Assembly: GCA_014377695.1 (NCBI GenBank)
Contig: JACMPA010000026.1
Location: 4,873-68,872 of the forward strand
Length of the DNA: 64,000 nucleotides
From: Candidatus Saccharimonadota bacterium
Lineage (GTDB): Bacteria; Patescibacteriota; Saccharimonadia; Saccharimonadales; UBA4665
Direction of reading: 5' to 3'
The position numbers were made by a program, and so were the translations under genes. Shown piece by piece: positions 58,125-64,000 of this stretch. The first letter of the stretch is position 1. Every line of letters starts with the position of its first letter. Under the pieces are notes generated by a model, which saw nothing but the letters and a program-made list of their open reading frames with translations, was not told the origin of the DNA and did not search any database.

Positions 58125-58658
58125 CTATTTTAGCGATGGGAGCACTGTCACATTATCGAACTTATCGAATACCTCAGCAACCTCAGGCATTACAGCGTCA
58201 GGTATAAAGCCTTGTTTTACTGGATCAGCCCCGTGATCTAAGGCATCATGGACCAATTCTCGGGTAATATGGTCGGGCACTATATCAGATTCTTCGGCGC
58301 GAGTAACATTCCGCTTTAGAATGCCAAAACCGATATTCCTGAGCTCTTCTGCTTCATCGATTTTCTCCGCAGCCAATCGTACGGCTGGCTGATGATCGAG
58401 CAATGCACCTACCGATTTAAAAGCTATGGCATCGTTTAACGCTCGATTGCCAGCTCGCAGTGCCTTTATCCCGACCGATGCTTCACTAATCGGATTTTGC
58501 TTCATTAATTGAGTCGTAAACTCTTCCTGACAGGAAGTAGGCAGCACTAGGTCTGCTACCATAGCGACAGAACCACGCAGTGCGTCGACTGCCCGGCCAG
58601 AAAGCCATAGCAGTGAGTTTTGCTTATATATATTCTCTACGATTCGCGTCATTTGCAC
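58125..58658 (-). CDS. Hypothetical protein
   Basis: 177-aa ORF with no recognised motif. Confidence 0.45.
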   Translation of the reverse strand: MQMTRIVENIYKQNSLLWLSGRAVDALRGSVAMVADLVLPTSCQEEFTTQLMKQNPISEASVGIKALRAGNRALNDAIAFKSVGALLDHQPAVRLAAEKIDEAEELRNIGFGILKRNVTRAEESDIVPDHITRELVHDALDHGADPVKQGFIPDAVMPEVAEVFDKFDNVTVLPSLK

Positions 58659-58938
58659 TCCTAATTTATTGGCTGCTTAAGCCAGGCATCTTTTATATCT
58701 AAGTCAAATTACGGCGGGTATAGCTGGGCGTTTAGTCAAATAGCTACGTGGCTATAAGCTTACACCGATGGTACTGGTGTTGGCTGTAAGATATAAGCAT
58801 TTTAGCCCCTGAACTTTAAAACTGATCTAAATCGCCGTTATTCTGATACATTATACCATATATGTCAATACTTATCTTCAGTATTCTAGTGGCATACTGT
58901 CTAGCTACATCTATACATAATGGGTATGAGTCAGCCAA

Positions 58939-59599
58939 ATGCCTAGCTTTATCAGTCGAATGCTAACCTATAAGCTCACCCTGCTGGCCCTGCTGCCGGC
59001 GTTACGCTTTGTGTTTCTGGCAGTATTAGCTACTAAATCTATGCCACCGGCCCACGACGCTACCCTTCTAAATTGGATTTATGCGCATAGCACTCGGTTT
59101 TTTGGATGGATTCTTCCTGGCAGTAACTACCCTTAGTAACTTCATAATCATCGCACCTGTCGCTTTGCTAGCAGCCAGGTATGTATGGCACCGTACGCAG
59201 TGGTACCAAGCCACCGTGCTTGCAATAGGGTGCTTTGGAGCTGGAGCTATCGATTTTGTTTTAAAGCAGCTATTCGAAAGCGTTCGGCCCGACTTGCGGC
59301 AGTCTTCGATCCACGAAACAAGCTATTCATTCCCAAGTGGCAACGCTGTGCTTAGCAGTGAGTTACTGTTTAGTATTATGGCTATTCTTTGGCGCACTAA
59401 ATGACACTGGACGAGCATAGTTGGTGGTACCCTATTTGTATTGTTGGTAGGTACGTCTCGCTTGTATCTGGGCCTGCATTATCCGACAGACATTGTAGCC
59501 GGCTGGTGTGTGAGTATGGTATGTGTTTATGAGTGTCAGACATGTAGTAGCCATCAGACGAAATTCTCAACCGGGAGTAGTTACCAACATTTCTACTAA
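58939..59599 (+). pseudogene. PAP2-family phosphatase pseudogene (frameshift, in-frame TGA, active-site His replaced)
   Basis: ...LNWIYAHSTRF|LDGFFLAVTT requires removal of one T from the T6 run at 59098-59103. Motifs are KQLFESVRPD; SFPSGNAV (PSGH with H replaced by N); then RTK*HWTS (TGA at 59402-59404); then the same frame continues GTSRLYLGLHYPTDIVAGW. Confidence 0.7.
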
Positions 59600-59653
59600 A
59601 TAGTGCGGCGGTGCTTGGAAGCATACTGTTTGGAAAATGGCACTCTGAACGAG

Positions 59654-59965
59654 CTAGCGTTGGGGGTTATACCGAAGTTCAAGCTCGGCATAACTGACGT
59701 AAAAACTTATACCATAGGCGAACAAGTTTAACTCGTCGGTGCTCGGTACTTCGGGTGTGTGGAGAGCTACCAACCAGTCACCCGGCGTTCCTGGTGCTGG
59801 TTCGTGACTGATTGAATCGCTTGACTGCGTTTTCCCGCGCATAGTTTCTCTGCCATCGCCTTCCATAAAACCGAAGGGGCGATCCGTAGACATAACCACT
59901 GCATTGCCGCCAATCACAGTAAATGTTGGGAGGAAATAGGAGAGTGTGTGAGCCTGGCATTTCAA
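59654..59965 (-). CDS. Hypothetical protein (weak)
   Basis: ORF only. Confidence 0.3.
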   Translation of the reverse strand: MKCQAHTLSYFLPTFTVIGGNAVVMSTDRPFGFMEGDGRETMRGKTQSSDSISHEPAPGTPGDWLVALHTPEVPSTDELNLFAYGISFYVSYAELELRYNPQR

Positions 59966-60058
59966 ATATAGCCTTGTGTCGTATATAGTTATTATACCAT
60001 AACTATTACTTTATACAATACTGGCTGAATAATGCTGTGATAGCGACTGAACTGGGTG

Positions 60059-60364
60059 TTAGTTAAATAAGTCTTCGTCGAGACCTTGGGTGAGCGATGT
60101 CTTCGCTTCCTCTACCTGCTCGCGGAAATTAGACTCAAGCGCCTCAGCCATAATTGGTTCAAGTGCACAGAGTAAATTGTTGAGGGCGACTTTTTGGGCA
60201 AAATCAGGATTCGAAAAGTCTACATCATCCTCGGTATCGATTCGCGACGACAAAAAATCAAACAGGACCAGGCATTCGTCATGTGTTAAATCTAGTTCTG
60301 GTTCAATATTCATATATAAATAATACCAAATAAATGCGAACCTGAGCGGCCAAAGTTTATACAA
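60059..60364 (-). CDS. Hypothetical acidic protein
   Basis: ORF only; Asp/Glu-rich. Confidence 0.4.
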   Translation of the reverse strand: MYKLWPLRFAFIWYYLYMNIEPELDLTHDECLVLFDFLSSRIDTEDDVDFSNPDFAQKVALNNLLCALEPIMAEALESNFREQVEEAKTSLTQGLDEDLFN

Positions 60365-60381
60365 ACACTGCGTGATCTTAG

Positions 60382-60687
60382 CTAACTATCGATTTTTTTT
60401 GGTTTTAGCACCCGTACGAACGGTTTCTTTCCCGCCCGGTGCATGCAGCCAACCCAACAACAAGGCCGTCGCATACCACTGCGCAGCATTTTATCTTGCA
60501 TAACGATAATGTGTTTGGCCCTGGTTTCTGGTTTTGCAACCGTTATCACCCAACAAACCCATTCGTTGCGCGCGAGAGGAGTTAGGTCTTCCCACATGTT
60601 GCATAATGATTTGTTGGCGTGAATGGCTTTACGCATATCAGCCGGTAAGGTGTGCTCTACGCCGCCGGCTATTTGTCTTGTAAGCAT
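60382..60687 (-). CDS. YdeI/OmpD-associated family protein
   Basis: WEDLTPLARNEWVCWVITVAKPETRAKHI...MRRPCCWVGCMHR. Confidence 0.7.
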   Translation of the reverse strand: MLTRQIAGGVEHTLPADMRKAIHANKSLCNMWEDLTPLARNEWVCWVITVAKPETRAKHIIVMQDKMLRSGMRRPCCWVGCMHRAGKKPFVRVLKPKKIDS

Positions 60688-60879
60688 ACATATAGTTTAA
60701 CCTATTATTTTGCTGAATGAATGGGTATACGGTGTACTGTTTTACTAGTTAGCACATGCATGCACTCAAATAATTTATATAGTTTAGTAAGTACCGTAGT
60801 TGGCTGTAATCATTAGTGTACTTTCTGCATTGCAGTTGGCTGTGTTTGAAGTACTTAGGTGACACAAGGAGACCCTACT

Positions 60880-61425
60880 ATGATTAAAAAAGTATTACGA
60901 ACCGGTGCAGTTAGCGCTAGCTTGGCTGCAGCCGGCTGTTTGGGAATAAGCGGCTTAGCCTCAGCCTCAAGCATAACTACTATTGGTCCAAACTCTAACA
61001 ATTCGATCAGCAGCGGCTGGAGCATGTATCAGTCTATGCGCAACAGCACATACGGTACTTCTGCTAATCAGAACAATCAGTTGGCTAATTTAGGCATAGC
61101 CAACAACTCTGGTAATACAACCGGCGGTAATGCAGACAGTGGCAACGCATCAAATAACAACGGGTCCAACTCTAATGTCGGCATAACGAACGCTTCTAGG
61201 GCAAATGGCAACAGTGGCTACAGCGGCGGTAGCAACGGTTCCATCTCGAACACCTGTCCGAACTCGAATAATAGTGTTACCTCGTCATCGAGCTACAACT
61301 ATAGCTCAAGCAGTAACACAACGGTGCACTGCAATAGCAGCAATACTGTTGACGGCTCGGCCACCAGTGGCTCAGCAATCAACAACAACTATGCCTCACA
61401 GAATGTGAACGCATACAACAACTAA
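60880..61425 (+). CDS. Secreted Asn/Ser/Gly-rich low-complexity protein
   Basis: AAGGAGA RBS 7 nt before the ATG at 60880. Signal peptide ...GISGLASA. Repeated GPNSNNS / CPNSNNS motifs. Confidence 0.55.
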   Translation: MIKKVLRTGAVSASLAAAGCLGISGLASASSITTIGPNSNNSISSGWSMYQSMRNSTYGTSANQNNQLANLGIANNSGNTTGGNADSGNASNNNGSNSNVGITNASRANGNSGYSGGSNGSISNTCPNSNNSVTSSSSYNYSSSSNTTVHCNSSNTVDGSATSGSAINNNYASQNVNAYNN

Positions 61426-61460
61426 ACACAGGAGAGGAAGTTTAACTAGCGTTAGGTGAT

Positions 61461-63989
61461 TCATTCCTCTGTGTCAGAAGGGTTGCCGGTTGGAGTATCG
61501 GTTGCAATTGGCTGGTCGGTAAGTGGAGTAGCGGGAGTTTCTGGTTCTACTTCAGGCTTTGCTGACTGTGATTCGCCAGTGTCATCTGGAGTGGCCGTTG
61601 CAATAGCGCCAAGTCGTTGCTGTAATACCTGTTGCGGATCAGCGGGGGCAACCTGCCGCTCATCGTTATGGTTATCAATTTTGGTTTGCTTATCAAAGTG
61701 AATGAATTTGATTTGATTCTTTTGCTTTTGTAAATCAGCTTTGGTTATGCCACTTATGCTGAACATACCGGTGCCGCCGTTATTATATTGGCTGATAATG
61801 ATTGTGCCGTTAGCCATCACTTTTTCGACGTAGGCTTCATGGCCCATTGAACTGTGCTCGGGCCCATTTGTGTCCCACGTAATTGCTGCACCGACTGTTG
61901 GTGTGTCATCAACTACATAGCCAGCAGCCCGAGCATTACCAGCCCAGTACTGAGCAGTACCCGATTGCGTGCCAGGAACATCCGGTTGGTTATCCTTCCC
62001 ACCCCAAACCGGCACAACGCCGTTGACACTATCATTTGATACGCGCCAGGCAACGTATGACACACATTCTCGGCTATACATGTTCCAGTCATCTACAAGC
62101 GCGTCGAGTGGTTGGCTACGGTATTGCTCTAGATATCCACCGTATTCGGGGATATTCAGCATTTTTTCGCCGGCGGTACGCTCGAACTCGATGTGTTGGA
62201 AACCATTAGCTTCGTGAATAGTAATAGCATCTGACGAGATGTTAAGTTGCTCCGCATAGTACTTCACTAAGTCGCTACTACTAGTAGATTCAGGTGATTG
62301 CTTTGCAACGGCCTCAAGTGCCGATTGGACATCATTGAACGTTTGGACGGCGTAATCCAAGCGCAAGCCTAACACACTCGCTGCTGGTCTTTCATATTTA
62401 TTCATGAAGCTGTCGGCTGCATCTTTGACACTGCTGGCTTTCAGTAAATCCTGACCGGCGGCCTGCTCTGTGTTTTCGAGTTCCCAATGGATAAACTGTA
62501 TCTGCGTATCGATTGAATCCCAAGCAGTGCCGTCCAGGATTGAATCAGCAAACCATTTTAAGGTATTTGCTTGACCAAAATAGCCATAGCGGTCTAACGC
62601 TTGGTCTGTATCGTTGCCCCACTGCCCGATACCTCGTCCGGGACCACCTCCACCCTGCTCAACTTTCGGATTAAGTTCCGGCCCGGCGGACTCGACCCAT
62701 AGGTTGCCAATCATACCGGTTATTTGCTCGAGGCTTAAGTATTCACCGTTAACTGGATGGGTCAAAAAGTAGCTTATAAGTTTGGTGCGATTTGCCCAAG
62801 CGGGGCCTTTTTCAGCTAAATTGTGTAAAGCGGTCTGCTGAGTTTCTGAAAGTTCTCGACTACCTTCTGCACTGGTCGTTTGCTCTTTATTAGCTGCAGT
62901 ACTTTCAGTTGATGGTGGCTGTTTAGTGGTGTCGGGCGGCTGTGGTACTGCTTGCTGGGCATCGTTGGACTCCACTGCAACGTCGTTATTTTTTTGGGCC
63001 TTTTCCAGAACTGCAGCTTGGGCTGACTCAGGTATAATTTGTTCGCTGGCGCTCGCAATAAGTAGTGAAGCCAATGGATTGGCCGCGGTTGCCTCGGCAC
63101 CGAGGACGCTGTTTTTCTGAAGATACTTATGAATATAGGCATCAACAAAATCGGTTTGCAAGCTTGCCATGTCGATGCCGAGCGCGGCTTCCAAGGCCGG
63201 ATACTCGGTTACCATACGTGCTTCGGCCACAAGTGTACGATAGTGCAGAAACGTAATAGCATCGATTTTGCCATCATTATAAAATTGGACAGCTTGTTGA
63301 TCCATAGCAACAGTTTCATCAATGACACGGTTCAAGAAATCTGTATTGGTAGTACTCGATGCTTCGGGCATTGCTGGTAATGCCTGAGCAACTAAGGCAT
63401 CGGTGGCTTGTTGGATGGTGCCACTCACTAGCGACCGGCGTAATGATTCGGTAACTGCGCTCGTAGTTATTTTTTCGACAGTGCCGAGGGACTGAGCTAC
63501 GGCCTTGTTATTGATACCGACTTCGGGTAGCGTGGATTGATGCACAGGGTTGTTTGTAGTCACAGCATTTGAATCAGCAGTTGTGGTTTCAGGTAGTAAC
63601 TTTTTGAGTGCTCCGTTGCCTACGCTTGGCAGTGGAATTGCCGGCGCTACCGCTTCTGGCTGGGGCGCGGGTTCAACTATTGCAGGCTCAGCTGGTATAA
63701 CTTCAGCTGTTGCTGTTACGGGTGAAGTTTCAGCGATGGGTGTCTTGGCTGTAGATGGATTGACGCCGTCAGCAACCGTTCGTGATGGACTACTGTTCGG
63801 TATGACATATTCAACTAATCCGGATTGCTGCCCGGCTGCAATAATGATTGCGGCAGTAGCGAGGCTACTTAAACGGTTGACGTGCCAACGTTCGCGTCGA
63901 GGCTGCGCTTTTACAGCGGTAACATTAAAGGTCCCAGACGCATCATCTGATTGGCTAACTACAGTTATGACGGCTTCATCTTGTTGCAA
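61461..63989 (-). CDS. Large membrane-anchored/secreted peptidoglycan hydrolase: phage-tail-type lysozyme domain + CHAP domain
   Basis: N-terminal TM LSSLATAAIIIAAG. Lysozyme-like IGNLWVESAGPELNPKVEQGGGGPGRGIGQWGN...FMNKYERP. CHAP CVSYVAWRV...GHEAYVEKVMANGTIIISQYN. Confidence 0.8.
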   Translation of the reverse strand: MQQDEAVITVVSQSDDASGTFNVTAVKAQPRRERWHVNRLSSLATAAIIIAAGQQSGLVEYVIPNSSPSRTVADGVNPSTAKTPIAETSPVTATAEVIPAEPAIVEPAPQPEAVAPAIPLPSVGNGALKKLLPETTTADSNAVTTNNPVHQSTLPEVGINNKAVAQSLGTVEKITTSAVTESLRRSLVSGTIQQATDALVAQALPAMPEASSTTNTDFLNRVIDETVAMDQQAVQFYNDGKIDAITFLHYRTLVAEARMVTEYPALEAALGIDMASLQTDFVDAYIHKYLQKNSVLGAEATAANPLASLLIASASEQIIPESAQAAVLEKAQKNNDVAVESNDAQQAVPQPPDTTKQPPSTESTAANKEQTTSAEGSRELSETQQTALHNLAEKGPAWANRTKLISYFLTHPVNGEYLSLEQITGMIGNLWVESAGPELNPKVEQGGGGPGRGIGQWGNDTDQALDRYGYFGQANTLKWFADSILDGTAWDSIDTQIQFIHWELENTEQAAGQDLLKASSVKDAADSFMNKYERPAASVLGLRLDYAVQTFNDVQSALEAVAKQSPESTSSSDLVKYYAEQLNISSDAITIHEANGFQHIEFERTAGEKMLNIPEYGGYLEQYRSQPLDALVDDWNMYSRECVSYVAWRVSNDSVNGVVPVWGGKDNQPDVPGTQSGTAQYWAGNARAAGYVVDDTPTVGAAITWDTNGPEHSSMGHEAYVEKVMANGTIIISQYNNGGTGMFSISGITKADLQKQKNQIKFIHFDKQTKIDNHNDERQVAPADPQQVLQQRLGAIATATPDDTGESQSAKPEVEPETPATPLTDQPIATDTPTGNPSDTEE

Positions 63990-64000
63990 ATAATCTATGA

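Noticed and set aside
4859-59103. Homopolymer-associated frameshifts (A8, A5, G6, T6) as programmed phase variation.
   Set aside because: The tracts are short. Several affected genes carry additional inactivating changes. Consensus error at homopolymers cannot be excluded without reads, so there is no support for a regulated switch.
8957-59404. The in-frame TAG (8957-8959) and TGA (59402-59404) as evidence for stop-codon reassignment (for example code 25 or 4) or programmed read-through.
   Set aside because: TGA cleanly terminates conserved, translationally coupled genes (ATGA overlaps at 35366-35369 and 37237-37240). TAG ends the rhodopsin gene. Conserved Trp positions use TGG. Both affected genes carry additional lesions (a truncation; a frameshift and a lost catalytic His). 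Simple nonsense mutations are the better explanation.
61461-63989. The phage-tail lysozyme domain as a marker of a prophage.
   Set aside because: No capsid, terminase, portal, integrase or tail genes are nearby. The neighbours are cellular genes, and the protein has its own TM and secretion features.

Overview
This window reads as a chromosomal segment of a small-genome, monoderm-type bacterium. Gene content points to the Candidate Phyla Radiation, most consistent with Saccharibacteria/TM7. That placement is inferred from content only, since no search was possible. The genetic code is standard: TGA, TAA and TAG all terminate well-conserved genes.

Layout:
- 1-2900: the 5' part of a secreted GH16-like gene, then about 2.3 kb holding only gene fragments.
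- 2948-12094: a light/flavin neighbourhood. It holds a DTG-motif type-1 rhodopsin, three cryptochrome/photolyase-family genes of three different architectures (one an inactivated remnant), SRPBCC, a decayed PNPOx-like gene, a Crp/Fnr regulator and an FMN reductase.
- 12282-15305: an adjacent dockerin-bearing secreted protein and a membrane-anchored cohesin protein.
- 15662-25631: housekeeping and stress genes (Zn-ADH, YihY, MsrA, DrrAB-like ABC exporter, DipZ-like thiol-disulfide protein, an LAxTG sortase substrate).
- 25677-31942: a GT2-GtrA-PIG-L deacetylase operon plus a polytopic membrane protein, bracketed by two single-domain response regulators.
- 32110-42529: a type IV pilus locus with PilB, PilC, four translationally coupled minor pilins (one carries a 7-bladed LVIVD propeller) and five tandem major-pilin paralogs with mosaic relationships.
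- 43580-64000: MarR-MFS, the Ni-superoxide dismutase pair SodN/SodX, core genes (trmD, KH protein, rpsP, rnc, nusB, rpmF, leuS, ddl, murF), tRNA-Leu and tRNA-Cys, more decayed accessory genes, and a large lysozyme+CHAP cell-wall hydrolase.

No CRISPR array, transposase, integrase or rRNA was seen.

Most notable observations:
- the rhodopsin/photolyase island;
- the cohesin-dockerin pair;
- the pilin cassette array and the propeller-tipped minor pilin;
- the lipid-linked amino-sugar style glycosylation module;
- seven disrupted accessory genes set against fully intact core genes.
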